NCBI GenBank assembly: GCA_964016885.1
Contig: OZ024741.1
Coordinates: 278,442,001 to 278,506,000, forward strand
Direction of reading: 5' to 3'
Source: Eledone cirrhosa
Taxonomy: Eukaryota
Length of the DNA: 64,000 bases
Program-made: the position numbers and the translations under genes
Shown here: piece after piece, positions 1-15,000 of the stretch
Layout of the letters: each line of letters begins with the position of its first letter
Position numbering within the stretch: the stretch's first letter is position 1
Notes under the pieces: generated by a model
Seen by the model: the letters and a program-made list of their open reading frames with translations, nothing else
What the model was told of the DNA's origin: nothing
Databases searched by the model: none

Positions 1-3000
1 TTTCATAGTGTTTGTGGTGTATTGATGTTTGTATGTAGTGCTTGGGGTTTTCATAGTGTTTGTCGTGTATTGATGTTTGAGTGTGGTGCTTGGGGTTTAC
101 ATAGTGTTTGTGGTGTATTTATGTTTGAGTGTGGTGCTTGGGGTTTTCATAGAGTTTGTGGTGTATTTATGTTTGAGTGTGGTGCCTGGGGTTTTCATAG
201 TGTTTGTGGTGTATTGATGTTTGAGTGTGGTGCCTGGGGTTTTCATAGTGTTTGTGGTGTACTGATGTTTGAGTGTGGTGCCTGGGGTTTTCACAGTGTT
301 TGTGGTGTATTGATGTTTGAGTGTGGTGCCTGGAGTTTTCATAGTGTTTGTGGTGTATTGATGTTTGAGTGTGGTGCCTGGAGTTTTCATAGTGTTTGTG
401 GTGTAGTGATGTGTGAGTGTGGTGCCTGGGGTTTTCACAGTGTTTGTGGTATACTGATGTTTGAGTGTGGTGCCTGGGGTTTTCATAGTGTTTGTGGTGT
501 ACTGATGTGTGAGTGTGGTGCCTGAGGCTTTCATAGTGTTTGTGGTGTATTGATATTTGTATGTAGTGCCTGGGGTTTTCATAGTGTTTGTGGTGTACTG
601 ATATTTGTATGTAGTGCCTGGGGTTTTCATAGTGTTTGTGGTGTACTGATGTTTGTATGTAGTGCCTGGGGTTTTCATAGTGTTTGTGGTGTATTGATGT
701 TTGAGTGTGGTTTCCTGGGGTTTTCATAGTGTTTGTGGTGTACTGATGTTTGTATGTAGTGCCTGGGGCTTTCATAGTGTTTGTGGTGTATTGATGTTTT
801 GAGTGTGGTGCCTGGGGTTTTCATAGTGTTTGTGGTGTACTGATGTTTGTATGTAGTGCCTGGGGTTTTCATAGTGTTTGTGGTGTATTAATGTTTGAGT
901 GTGGTGCCTGTGGTTTTCACAGTGTTTGTGGTGTATTGATCTTTGTATGTAGTGCCTGGGGTTTTCATAGTGTTTGTGGTGTATTGATGTTTGAGTGTGG
1001 TGCCTGGGGTTTTCATAGTGTTTGTGGTGTATTGATGTTTGAGTGTGGTGCCTGGTGTTTTCATAGTGTTTGTGGTGTATTGATGTTTGTATGTAGTGCC
1101 TGGGGTTTTCATAGTGTTTGTGGTGTACTGATGTTTGTATGTAGTGCCTGGGGTTTTCACAGTGTTTGTGGTGTATTGATGTTTGAGTGTGGTGCCTGGG
1201 GTTTTCATAGTGTTTGTGGTGTACTGATGTTTGAGTGTGGTGCCTGGGGTTATCATAGTGTTTGAGGTGTACTGATGTTTGAGTGTGGTGCCTGTGGTTT
1301 TCATAGTGTTTGTGGTGTATTGATGTTTGTATGTAGTGCCTCGGGCTTTCATATTGTTTGTGGTGTATTGATGTTTGAGTATGGTGCCTGGGGTCTTCAT
1401 AGCGTTTGTGGAGTACTGATGTTTGTATGTAGTGCCTGGGGTTTTCATAGTGTTTGTGGTGTTTGATGTTTGTATGTAGTGCCTGGGGTTTTCATAGTGT
1501 TTGTGGTGTATTGATGTTTGAGTGTGGTGCTTGGGGTTTACATAGTGTTTGTGATGTATTGATGTTTGAGTGTGGTGCTTGGGGTTTTCATATTGTCTGT
1601 GGTGTATTGATGTTTGAGTGTGGTGCCTGGGGTTTTCAGTGTTTGTGGTGTATTGATGTTTGTATGTAGTGCCTGGGGTTTTCATAGTGTTTGTGGTGTA
1701 TTGATGTTTGTATGTAGTGCCTGGGGTTTTCATAGTGTTTGTGGTGTATTGATGTTTGAGTGTGGTGCCTGGGGTTTACATGGTGTTTGTGATGTATTGA
1801 TGTTTGTATGTAGTGCCTGGGGTTTTCATAGTGTTTGTGGTGTATTGATGTTTGAGTGTAGTGCCTGGGGTTTACATGGTGTTTGTGATGTATTGATGTT
1901 TGTATGTAGTGCCTGGGGTTTTCATAGTGTTTGTGGTGTACTGATGTTTGAGTGTGGTGCCTGGGGTTTTCATAGTGTTTGTGGTGTATTGATGTTTGAG
2001 TGTGGTGCCTGGGGTTTTCATAGTGTTTGTGGTGTACTGATGTTTGAGTGTGGTGCCTGGGGTTTTCACAGTGTTTGTGGTGTATTGATGTTTGAGTGTG
2101 GTGCCTGGAGTTTTCATAGTGTTTTTGGTGTATTGATGTTTGAGTGTGGTGCCTGGGGTTTTCATAGTGTTTGTGGTGTAGTGATGTTTGAGTGTGGTGC
2201 CTGGGGTTTTCATAGTGTTTGAGGTGTACTGATGTTTGAGTGTGGTGCCTGTGGTTTTCATAGTGTTTGTGGTGTATTGATGTTTGTATGTAGTGCCTGG
2301 GGTTTTCATAGTGTTTGTGGTGTACTAATGTTTGTATGTAGTCCCTGGGGTTTTCATAGTGTTTGTGGTGTACTGATGTTTGAGTGTGGTGCCTGGGGTT
2401 TTCATAGTGTTTGTGGTGTATTGATGTTTGAGTTTGGTGCCAATGGTTTTCACAGTGTTTGTGGTGTACTGATGTTTGTATGTAGTGCCTGGGGTTTTCA
2501 TAGTGTTTGTGGTGTATTGATGTTTGTATGTAGTACCTGGGGTTTTCATAGTGTTTGTGGTGTATTGATGTTTGAGTGTGGTGCTTGGGTTTTACATAGT
2601 GTTTGTGATGTATTGATGTTTGAGTGTGGTGCCTGGGGTTTTCATAGTGTTTGTGGTGTACTGATGTTTGAGTGTGGTGCCTGGGGTTTTCATAGTGTTT
2701 GTGGTGCATTTATGTTTGAGTGTGGTGCCTGTGGTTTTCACAGTGTTTGTGGTGTATTGATGTTTGTATGTAGTGCCTGGGGCTTTCATAGTGTTTGTGG
2801 TGTACTGGTGTTTGAGTGTGGTGCCTGGGGTTTTCATAGTGTTTGTGGTGTATTGATGTTTGTATGTAGTGCCTGGGGTTTTCATAGTGTTTGTGGTGTA
2901 CTGATGTTTGTGTGTGGTGCCTGGGGTTTTCATAGTGTTTGTGGTGTATTGATGTTTGTATGTAGTGCCTGGGGTTTTCATAGTGTTTGTGGTGTACTGA

Positions 3001-6000
3001 TGTTTGAGTGTGGTGCCTGGGGTTTTCATAATGTTTGTGGTGTACTGATGTTTGAGTGTGGTGCCTGGGATTTTCATAGTGTTTGTGGTGTATTGATGTT
3101 TGTATGTAGTGCCTGGGGTATTCATAGTGTTTGTGGTGTACTGATGTTTGAGTGTGGTGCCTGGAGTTTTCATAGTGTTTGTGGTGTATTTTTGAGTGTG
3201 GTGCCTGGGGTTTTCATAGTGTTTGTGGTGTACTGATGTTTGTATGTAGTGCCTGGGGTTTTCATAGTGTTTGTGGTGTATTGATGTTTGAGTGTGGTGC
3301 CTGTGGTTTTCATAGTGTTTGTGGTGTATTGATGTTTGTATGTAGTGCTTGGGGTTTTCATAGTGTTTGTCGTGTATTGATGTTTGAGTGTGGTGCTTGG
3401 GGTTTACATAGTGTTTGTGGTGTATTTATGTTTGAGTGTGGTGCTTGGGGTTTTCATAGAGTTTGTGGTGTATTTATGTTTGAGTGTGGTGCCTGGGGTT
3501 TTCATAGTGTTTGTGGTGTATTGATGTTTGAGTGTGGTGCCTGGGGTTTTCATAGTGTTTGTGGTGTACTGATGTTTGAGTGTGGTGCCTGGGGTTTTCA
3601 CAGTGTTTGTGGTGTATTGATGTTTGAGTGTGGTGCCTGGAGTTTTCATAGTGTTTGTGGTGTATTGATGTTTGAGTGTGGTGCCTGGAGTTTTCATAGT
3701 GTTTGTGGTGTAGTGATGTGTGAGTGTGGTGCCTGGGGTTTTCACAGTGTTTGTGGTATACTGATGTTTGAGTGTGGTGCCTGGGGTTTTCATAGTGTTT
3801 GTGGTGTACTGATGTGTGAGTGTGGTGCCTGAGGCTTTCATAGTGTTTGTGGTGTATTGATATTTGTATGTAGTGCCTGGGGTTTTCATAGTGTTTGTGG
3901 TGTACTGATATTTGTATGTAGTGCCTGGAGTTTTCATAGTGTTTGTGGTGTACTGATGTTTGTATGTAGTGCCTGGGGTTTTCATAGTGTTTGTGGTGTA
4001 TTGATGTTTGAGTGTGGTTTCCTGGGGTTTTCATAGTGTTTGTGGTGTACTGATGTTTGTATGTAGTGCCTGGGGCTTTCATAGTGTTTGTGGTGTATTG
4101 ATGTTTTGAGTGTGGTGCCTGGGGTTTTCATAGTGTTTGTGGTGTACTGATGTTTGTATGTAGTGCCTGGGGTTTTCATAGTGTTTGTGGTGTATTAATG
4201 TTTGAGTGTGGTGCCTGTGGTTTTCACAGTGTTTGTGGTGTATTGATCTTTGTATGTAGTGCCTGGGGTTTTCATAGTGTTTGTGGTGTATTGATGTTTG
4301 AGTGTGGTGCCTGGGGTTTTCATAGTGTTTGTGGTGTATTGATGTTTGAGTGTGGTGCCTGGTGTTTTCATAGTGTTTGTGGTGTATTGATGTTTGTATG
4401 TAGTGCCTGGGGTTTTCATAGTGTTTGTGGTGTACTGATGTTTGTATGTAGTGCCTGGGGTTTTCACAGTGTTTGTGGTGTATTGATGTTTGAGTGTGGT
4501 GCCTGGGGTTTTCATAGTGTTTGTGGTGTACTGATGTTTGAGTGTGGTGCCTGGGGTTTTCATAGTGTTTGAGGTGTACTGATGTTTGAGTGTGGTGCCT
4601 GTGGTTTTCATAGTGTTTGTGGTGTATTGATGTTTGTATGTAGTGCCTGGGGTTTTCATAGTGTTTGTGGTGTACTAATGTTTGTATGTAGTCCCTGGGG
4701 TTTTCATAGTGTTTGTGGTGTACTGATGTTTGAGTGTGGTGCCTGGGGTTTTCATAGTGTTTGTGGTGTATTGATGTTTGAGTTTGGTGCCAATGGTTTT
4801 CACAGTGTTTGTGGTGTACTGATGTTTGTATGTAGTGCCTGGGGTTTTCATAGTGTTTGTGGTGTATTGATGTTTGTATGTAGTACCTGGGGTTTTCATA
4901 GTGTTTGTGGTGTATTGATGTTTGAGTGTGGTGCTTGGGTTTTACATAGTGTTTGTGATGTATTGATGTTTGAGTGTGGTGCCTGGGGTTTTCATAGTGT
5001 TTGTGGTGTACTGATGTTTGAGTGTGGTGCCTGGGGTTTTCATAGTGTTTGTGGTGCATTTATGTTTGAGTGTGGTGCCTGTGGTTTTCACAGTGTTTGT
5101 GGTGTATTGATGTTTGTATGTAGTGCCTGGGGCTTTCATAGTGTTTGTGGTGTACTGGTGTTTGAGTGTGGTGCCTGGGGTTTTCATAGTGTTTGTGGTG
5201 TATTGATGTTTGTATGTAGTGCCTGGGGTTTTCATAGTGTTTGTGGTGTACTGATGTTTGTGTGTGGTGCCTGGGGTTTTCATAGTGTTTGTGGTGTATT
5301 GATGTTTGTATGTAGTGCCTGGGGTTTTCATAGTGTTTGTGGTGTACTGATGTTTGAGTGTGGTGCCTGGGGTTTTCATAATGTTTGTGGTGTACTGATG
5401 TTTGAGTGTGGTGCCTGGGATTTTCATAGTGTTTGTGGTGTATTGATGTTTGTATGTAGTGCCTGGGGTATTCATAGTGTTTGTGGTGTACTGATGTTTG
5501 AGTGTGGTGCCTGGAGTTTTCATAGTGTTTGTGGTGTATTTTTGAGTGTGGTGCCTGGGGTTTTCATAGTGTTTGTGGTGTACTGATGTTTGTATGTAGT
5601 GCCTGGGGTTTTCATAGTGTTTGTGGTGTATTGATGTTTGAGTGTGGTGCCTGTGGTTTTCATAGTGTTTGTGGTGTATTGATGTTTGTATGTAGTGCTT
5701 GGGGTTTTCATAGTGTTTGTCGTGTATTGATGTTTGAGTGTGGTGCTTGGGGTTTACATAGTGTTTGTGGTGTATTTATGTTTGAGTGTGGTGCTTGGGG
5801 TTTTCATAGAGTTTGTGGTGTATTTATGTTTGAGTGTGGTGCCTGGTGTTTTGACAGTGTTTGTGGTGTACTGATGTTTGAGTGTGGTGCCTGGGGTTTT
5901 CATAGTGTTTGTGGTGTACTGATGTTTGTATGTAGTGCCTGGGGTTTTCATAGTGTTTGTGGTGTATTGATGTTTGAGTGTGGTGCCTGGGGTTTTCATA

Positions 6001-9000
6001 GTGTTTGTGGTGCATTTATGTTTGAGTGTGGTGCCTGTGGTTTTCACAGTGTTTGTGGTGTATTGATGTTTGAGTGTGGTGCCTGGGGTTTTCATAGTGT
6101 TTGTGGTGTATTTATGTTTGAGTGTGGTGCCTGGGGTTTTCATAGTGTTTGTGGTGTATTGATGTTTGAGTGTGGTGCCTGGGGTTTTCACAGTGTTTGT
6201 GGTGTATTGATGTTTGAGTGTGGTGCCTGGGGTTTTCATAGTGTTTGTGGTGCATTTATGTTTGAGTGTGGTGCCTGGGGTTTTCATAGTGTTTGTGGTG
6301 TATTGATGTTTGAGTGTGGTGCCTGGGGTTTTCATAGTGTTTGTGGTGCATTTATGTTTGAGTGTGGTGCCTGTGGTTTTCACAGTGTTTGTGGTGTATT
6401 GATGTTTGTATGTAGTGCCTCGGGCTTTCATATTGTTTGTGGTGTATTGATGTTTGAGTATGGTGCCTGGGGTCTTCATAGCGTTTGTGGAGTACTGATG
6501 TTTGTATGTAGTGCCTGGGGTTTTCATAGTGTTTGTGGTGTTTGATATTTGTATGTAGTGCCTGGGGTTTTCATAGTGTTTGTGGTGTATTGATGTTTGA
6601 GTGTGGTGCTTGGGGTTTACATAGTGTTTGTGATGTATTGATGTTTGAGTGTGGTGCTTGGGGTTTTCATATTGTCTGTGGTGTATTGATGTTTGAGTGT
6701 GGTGCCTGGGGTTTTCAGTGTTTGTGGTGTATTGATGTTTGTATGTAGTGCCTGGGGTTTTCATAGTGTTTGTGGTGTATTGATGTTTGTATGTAGTGCC
6801 TGGGGTTTTCATAGTGTTTGTGGTGTATTGATGTTTGAGTGTGGTGCCTGGGGTTTACATGGTGTTTGTGATGTATTGATGTTTGTATGTAGTGCCTGGG
6901 GTTTTCATAGTGTTTGTGGTGTATTGATGTTTGAGTGTAGTGCCTGGGGTTTACATGGTGTTTGTGATGTATTGATGTTTGTATGTAGTGCCTGGGGTTT
7001 TCATAGTGTTTGTGGTGTACTGATGTTTGAGTGTGGTGCCTGGGGTTTTCATAGTGTTTGTGGTGTATTGATGTTTGAGTGTGGTGCCTGGGGTTTTCAT
7101 AGTCTTTGTGGTGTACTGATGTTTGAGTGTGGTGCCTGGGGTTTTCACAGTGTTTGTGGTGTATTGATGTTTGAGTGTGGTGCCTGGAGTTTTCATAGTG
7201 TTTTTGGTGTATTGATGTTTGAGTGTGGTGCCTGGGGTTTTCATAGTGTTTGTGGTGTACTGATGTTTGAGTGTGGTGCCTGGGGTTTTCATAGTGTTTG
7301 TGGTGTATTGATGTTTGAGTTTGGTGCCAATGGTTTTCACAGTGTTTGTGGTGTACTGATGTTTGTATGTAGTGCCTGGGGTTTTCATAGTGTTTGTGGT
7401 GTATTGATGTTTGTATGTAGTACCTGGGGTTTTCATAGTGTTTGTGGTGTATTGATGTTTGAGTGTGGTGCTTGGGTTTTACATAGTGTTTGTGATGTAT
7501 TGATGTTTGAGTGTGGTGCCTGGGGTTTTCATAGTGTTTGTGGTGTACTGATGTTTGAGTGTGGTGCCTGGGGTTTTCATAGTGTTTGTGGTGCATTTAT
7601 GTTTGAGTGTGGTGCCTGTGGTTTTCACAGTGTTTGTGGTGTATTGATGTTTGTATGTAGTGCCTGGGGCTTTCATAGTGTTTGTGGTGTACTGGTGTTT
7701 GAGTGTGGTGCCTGGGGTTTTCATAGTGTTTGTGGTGTATTGATGTTTGTATGTAGTGCCTGGGGTTTTCATAGTGTTTGTGGTGTACTGATGTTTGTGT
7801 GTGGTGCCTGGGGTTTTCATAGTGTTTGTGGTGTATTGATGTTTGTATGTAGTGCCTGGGGTTTTCATAGTGTTTGTGGTGTACTGATGTTTGAGTGTGG
7901 TGCCTGGGGTTTTCATAATGTTTGTGGTGTACTGATGTTTGAGTGTGGTGCCTGGGATTTTCATAGTGTTTGTGGTGTATTGATGTTTGTATGTAGTGCC
8001 TGGGGTATTCATAGTGTTTGTGGTGTACTGATGTTTGAGTGTGGTGCCTGGAGTTTTCATAGTGTTTGTGGTGTATTTTTGAGTGTGGTGCCTGGGGTTT
8101 TCATAGTGTTTGTGGTGTACTGATGTTTGTATGTAGTGCCTGGGGTTTTCATAGTGTTTGTGGTGTATTGATGTTTGAGTGTGGTGCCTGTGGTTTTCAT
8201 AGTGTTTGTGGTGTATTGATGTTTGTATGTAGTGCTTGGGGTTTTCATAGTGTTTGTCGTGTATTGATGTTTGAGTGTGGTGCTTGGGGTTTACATAGTG
8301 TTTGTGGTGTATTTATGTTTGAGTGTGGTGCTTGAGGTTTTCATAGAGTTTGTGGTGTATTTATGTTTGAGTGTGGTGCCTGGTGTTTTGACAGTGTTTG
8401 TGGTGTACTGATGTTTGAGTGTGGTGCCTGGGGTTTTCATAGTGTTTGTGGTGTACTGATGTTTGTATGTAGTGCCTGGGGTTTTCATAGTGTTTGTGGT
8501 GTATTGATGTTTGAGTGTGGTGCCTGGGGTTTTCATAGTGTTTGTGGTGCATTTATGTTTGAGTGTGGTGCCTGTGGTTTTCACAGTGTTTGTGGTGTAT
8601 TGATGTTTGAGTGTGGTGCCTGGGGTTTTCATAGTGTTTGTGGTGTATTTATGTTTGAGTGTGGTGCCTGGGGTTTTCATAGTGTTTGTGGTGTATTGAT
8701 GTTTGAGTGTGGTGCCTGGGGTTTTCACAGTGTTTGTGGTGTATTGATGTTTGAGTGTGGTGCCTGGGGTTTTCATAGTGTTTGTGGTGCATTTATGTTT
8801 GAGTGTGGTGCCTGGGGTTTTCATAGTGTTTGTGGTGTATTGATGTTTGAGTGTGGTGCCTGGGGTTTTCATAGTGTTTGTGGTGCATTTATGTTTGAGT
8901 GTGGTGCCTGTGGTTTTCACAGTGTTTGTGGTGTATTGATGTTTGTATGTAGTGCCTCGGGCTTTCATATTGTTTGTGGTGTATTGATGTTTGAGTATGG

Positions 9001-12000
9001 TGCCTGGGGTCTTCGTAGCGTTTGTGGAGTACTGATGTTTGTATGTAGTGCCTGGGGTTTTCATAGTGTTTGTGGTGTTTGATGTTTGTATGTAGTGCCT
9101 GGGGTTTTCATAGTGTTTGTGGTGTATTGATGTTTGAGTGTGGTGCTTGGGGTTTACATAGTGTTTGTGATGTATTGATGTTTGAGTGTGGTGCTTGGGG
9201 TTTTCATATTGTCTGTGGTGTATTGATGTTTGAGTGTGGTGCCTGGGGTTTTCAGTGTTTGTGGTGTATTGATGTTTGTATGTAGTGCCTGGGGTTTTCA
9301 TAGTGTTTGTGGTGTATTGATGTTTGTATGTAGTGCCTGGGGTTTTCATAGTGTTTGTGGTGTATTGATGTTTGAGTGTGGTGCCTGGGGTTTACATGGT
9401 GTTTGTGATGTATTGATGTTTGTATGTAGTGCCTGGGGTTTTCATAGTGTTTGTGGTGTATTGATGTTTGAGTGTAGTGCCTGGGGTTTACATGGTGTTT
9501 GTGATGTATTGATGTTTGTATGTAGTGCCTGGGGTTTTCATAGTGTTTGTGGTGTACTGATGTTTGAGTGTGGTGCCTGGGGTTTTCATAGTGTTTGTGG
9601 TGTATTGATGTTTGAGTGTGGTGCCTGGGGTTTTCATAGTGTTTGTGGTGTACTGATGTTTGAGTGTGGTGCCTGGGGTTTTCACAGTGTTTGTGGTGTA
9701 TTGATGTTTGAGTGTGGTGCCTGGGGTTTTCATAGTGTTTGTGGTGTAGTGATGTGTGAGTGTGGTGCCTGGGGTTTTCACAGTGTTTGTGGTATACTGA
9801 TGTTTGAGTGTGGTGCCTGGGGTTTTCATAGTGTTTGTGGTGTACTGATGTGTGAGTGTGGTGCCTGGGGTTTTCATAGTGTTTGTGGTGTATTGATGTT
9901 TGAGTGTGGTGCCTGGGGTTTTCATAGTGTTTGTGGTGTACTGATATTTGTATGTAGTGCCTGGGGTTTTCATAGTGTTTGTGGTGTACTGATGTTTGTA
10001 TGTAGTGCCTGGGGTTTTCATAGTGTTTGTGGTGTATTAATGTTTGAGTGTGGTGCCTGTGGTTTTCACAGTGTTTGTGGTGTATTGATCTTTGTATGTA
10101 GTGCCTGGGGTTTTCATAGTGTTTGTGGTGTATTGATGTTTGAGTGTGGTGCCTGGGGTTTTCATAGTGTTTGTGGTGTATTGATGTTTGAGTGTGGTCC
10201 CTGGGGTTTTCATAGTGTTTGTGGTGTATTGATGTTTGTATGTAGTGCCTGGGGTTTTCATAGTGTTTGTGGTGTACTAATGTTTGTATGTAGTGCCTGG
10301 GGTTTTCATAGTGTTTGTGGTGTACTGATGTTTGAGTGTGGTGCCTGGGGTTTTCATAGTGTTTGTGGTGTATTGATGTTTGAGTTTGGTGCCTATGGTT
10401 TTCACAGTGTTTGTGGTGTACTGATGTTTGTATGTAGTGCCTGGGGTTTTCATAGTGTTTGTGGTGTATTGATGTTTGTATGTAGTGCCTGGGGTTTTCA
10501 TAGTGTTTGTGGTGTATTGATGTTTGAGTGTGGTGCTTGGGTTTTACATAGTGTTTGTGATGTATTGATGTTTGAGTGTGGTGCCTGGGGTTTTCATAGT
10601 GTTTGTGGTGTACTGATGTTTGAGCGTGGTGCCTGGGGTTTTCATAGTGTTTGTGGTGCATTTATGTTTGAGTGTGGTGCCTGTGGTTTTCACAGTGTTT
10701 GTGGTGTATTGATGTTTGTATGTAGTGCCTGGGGCTTTCATAGTGTTTGTGGTGCATTTATGTTTGAGTGTGGTGCCTGTGGTTTTCACAGTGTTTGTGG
10801 TGTATTGATGTTTGTATGTAGTGCCTGGGGCTTTCATAGTGTTTGTGGTGTACTGGTGTTTGAGTGTGGTGCCTGGGGTTTTCATAGTGTTTGTGGTGTA
10901 TTGATGTTTGAGTGTGGTGCTTGGGGTTTTCATAGTGTTTGTGGTGTACTGATGTTTGTATGTATTGCCTGGGGTTTTCATAGTGTTTGTGGTGTACTGA
11001 TGTTTGTGTGTGGTGCCTGGGGTTTTCATAGTGTTTGTGGTGTATTGATGTTTGTATGTAGTGCCTGGGGTTTTCATAGTGTTTGTGGTGTACTGATGTT
11101 TGAGTGTGGTGCCTGGGGTTTTCATAGTGTTTGTGGTGTACTGATGTTTGAGTGTGGTGCCTGGGATTTTCATAGTGTTTGTGGTGTATTGATGTTTGTA
11201 TGTAGTGCCTGGGGTATTCATAGTGTTTGTGGTGTACTGATGTGTGAGAGTGGTGCCTGTGGTTTTCACAGTGTTTGTGGTGTATTGATGTTTGAGTGTG
11301 GTGCCTGGGGTTTTCATAGTGTTTGTGGTGCATTTATGTTTGAGTGTGGTGCCTGTGGTTTTCACAGTGTTTGTGGTGTATTGATGTTTGAGTGTGGTGC
11401 CTGGGGTTTTCATAGTGTTTGTGGTGCATTTATGTTTGAGTGTGGTGCCTGGGGTTTTCATAGTGTTTGTGGTGTATTGATGTTTGAGTGTGGTGCCTGG
11501 GGTTTTCACAGTGTTTGTGGTGCCTGGGGTTTTCATAGTGTTTGTGGTGCATTTATGTTTGAGTGTGGTGCCTGGGGTTTTCATAGTGTTTGTGGTGTAT
11601 TGATGTTTGAGTGTGGTGCCTGGGGTTTTCATAGTGTTTGTGGTGCATTTATGTTTGAGTGTGGTGCCTGTGGTTTTCACAGTGTTTGTGGTGTATTGAA
11701 GTTTTTATGTAGTGCCTCGGGCTTTCATATTGTTTGTGGTGTATTGATGTTTGAGTATGGTGCCTGGGGTTTTCATAGCGTTTGTGGAGTACTGATGTTT
11801 GTATGTAGTGCCTGGGGTTTTCATAGTGTTTGTGGTGTTTGATGTTTGTATGTAGTGCCTGGGGTTTTCATAGTGTTTGTGGTGTATTGATGTTTGAGTG
11901 TGGTGCTTGGGGTTTACATAGTGTTTGTGATGTATTGATGTTTGAGTGTGGTGCTTGGGGTTTTCATATTGTCTGTGGTGTATTGATGTTTGAGTGTGGT

Positions 12001-15000
12001 GCCTGGGGTTTTCATAGTGTTTGTGGTGTATATATGTTTGAGTGTGGTGCCTGGGGTTTTCAGTGTTTGTGGTGTATTGATGTTTGTATGTAGTGCCTGG
12101 GATTTTCATAGTGTTTGTGGTGTATTGATGTTTGTATGTAGTGCCTGGGGTTTTCATAGTGTTTGTGGTGTATTGATGTTTGAGTGTGGTGCCTGGGGTT
12201 TACATGGTGTTTGTGATGTATTGATGTTTGTATGTAGTGCCTGGGGTTTTCATAGTGTTTGTGGTGTATTGATGTTTGAGTGTGGTGCCTGGGGTTTTCA
12301 TAGTGTTTGTGGTGTATTGATGTTTGAGTGTGGTGCCTGGGGTTTTCATAGTGTTTGTGGTGTACTGATGTTTGAGTGTGGTGCCTGGGGTTTTCACAGT
12401 GTTTGTGGTGTATTGATGTTTGAGTGTGGTGCCTGGAGTTTTCATAGTGTTTTTGGTGTATTGATGTTTGAGTGTGGTGCCTGGGGTTTTCATAGTGTTT
12501 GTGGTGCAGTGATGTGTGAGTGTGGTGCCTGGGGTTTTCACAGTGTTTGTGGTATACTGATGTTTGAGTGTGGTGCCTGGGGTTTTCATAGTGTTTGTGG
12601 TGTACTGATGTGTGAGTGTGGTGCCTGGGGTTTTCATAGTGTTTGTGGTGTATTGATGTTTGAGTGTGGTGCCTGGGGTTTTCATAGTGTTTGTGGTGTA
12701 CTGATATTTGTATGTAGTGCCTGGGGTTTTCATAGTGTTTGTGGTGTACTGATGTTTGTATGTAGTGCCTGGGGTTTTCATAGTGTTTGTGGTGTATTAA
12801 TGTTTGAGTGTGGTGCCTGTGGTTTTCACAGTGTTTGTGGTGTATTGATCTTTGTATGTAGTGCCTGGGGTTTTCATAGTGTTTGTGGTGTATTGATGTT
12901 TGAGTGTGGTGCCTGGGGTTTTCATAGTGTTTGTGGTGTACTGATGTTTGTATGTAGTGCCTGGGGCTTTCATAGTGTTTGTGGTGTATTGATGTTTGAG
13001 TGTGGTGCCTGGGGTTTTCATAGTGTTTGTGGTGTACTGATGTTTGTATGTAGTGCCTGGGGTTTTCATAGTGTTTGTGGTGTATTAATGTTTGAGTGTG
13101 GTGCCTGTGGTTTTCACAGTGTTTGTGGTGTATTGATCTTTGTATGTAGTGCCTGGGGTTTTCATAGTGTTTGTGGTGTATTGATGTTTGAGTGTGGTGC
13201 CTGGGGTTTTCATAGTGTTTGTGGTGTATTGATGTTTGAGTGTGGTGCCTGGGGTTTTCATAGTGTTTGTGGTGTATTGATGTTTGTATGTAGTGCCTGG
13301 GGTTTTCATAGTGTTTGTGGTGTACTGATGTTTGTATGTAGTGCCTGGGGTTTTCACAGTGTTTGTGGTGTATTGATGTTTGAGTGTGGTGCCTGGGGTT
13401 TTCATAGTGTTTGTGGTGTACTGATGTTTGAGTGTGGTGCCTGTGGTTTTCATAGTGTTTGTGGTGTATTGATGTTTGTATGTAGTGCCTGGGGTTTTCA
13501 TAGTGTTTGTGGTGTACTAATGTTTGTATGTAGTGCCTGGGGTTTTCATAGTGTTTGTGGTGTACTGATGTTTGAGTGTGGTGCCTGGGGTTTTCATAGT
13601 GTTTGTGGTGTATTGATGTTTGAGTTTGGTGCCTATGGTTTTCACAGTGTTTGTGGTGTACTGATGTTTGTATGTAGTGCCTGGGGTTTTCATAGTGTTT
13701 GTGGTGTATTGATGTTTGTATGTAGTGCCTGGGGTTTTCATAGTGTTTGTGGTGTATTGATGTTTGAGTGTGGTGCTTGGGTTTTACATAGTGTTTGTGA
13801 TGTATTGATGTTTGAGTGTGGTGCCTGGGGTTTTCATAGTGTTTGTGGTGTACTGATGTTTGAGCGTGGTGCCTGGGGTTTTCATAGTGTTTGTGGTGCA
13901 TTTATGTTTGAGTGTGGTGCCTGTGGTTTTCACAGTGTTTGTGGTGTATTGATGTTTGTATGTAGTGCCTGGGGCTTTCATAGTGTTTGTGGTGTACTGG
14001 TGTTTGAGTGTGGTGCCTGGGGTTTTCATAGTGTTTGTGGTGTATTGATGTTTGTATGTAGTGCCTGGGGTTTTCATAGTGTTTGTGGTGTACTGATGTT
14101 TGAGTGTGGTGCCTGGGGTTTTCATAGTGTTTGTGGTGTACTGATGTTTGAGTGTGGTGCCTGGGATTTTCATAGTGTTTGTGGTGTATTGATGTTTGTA
14201 TGTAGTGCCTCGGGTATTCATAGTGTTTGTGGTGTACTGATGTGTGAGTGTGGTGCCTGGGGTTTTCACAGTGTTTGTGGTGTATTGATGTTTGAGTGTG
14301 GTGCCTGGAGTTTTTATAGTGTTTGTGGTGTATTTTTGAGTGTGGTGCCTGGGGTTTTCATAGTGTTTGTGGTGTATTGATGTTTGTATGTAGTGCCTGG
14401 GGTTTTCATAGTGTTTGTCGTGTATTGATGTTTGAGTGTGGTGCTTGGGGTTTACATAGTGTTTGTGGTGTATTTATGTTTGAGTGTGGTGCTTGGGATT
14501 TTCATAGAGTTTGTGGTGTATTTATGCTTGAGTGTGGTGCCTGGTGTTTTGACAGTGTTTGTGGTGTACTGATGTTTGAGTGTGGTGCCTGGGGTTTTCA
14601 TAGTGTTTGTGGTGTACTGATGTTTGTATGTAGTGCCTGTGGTTTTCATAGTGTTTGTGGTGTATTGATGTTTGAGTGTGGTGCCTGGGGTTTTCATAGT
14701 GTTTGTGGTGTATTTATGTTTGAGTGTGGTGCCTGTGGTTTTCATAGTGTTTGTGGTGTATTGATGTTTGAGTTTGGTGCCAATGGTTTTCAGTGTTTGT
14801 GGTGTACTGATGTTTGTATGTAGTGCCTGTGGTTTTCATAGTGTTTGTGGTGTACTGATGTTTGTATGTAGTGTCTGTGGTTTTCATAGTGTTTGTGGTG
14901 TATTGATGTTTGTATGTAGTGCCTGTGGTTTTCATAGTGTTTGTGGTGTACTGATGTTTGTATGTAGTGCCTGTGGTTTTCATAGTGTTTGTGGTGTACT

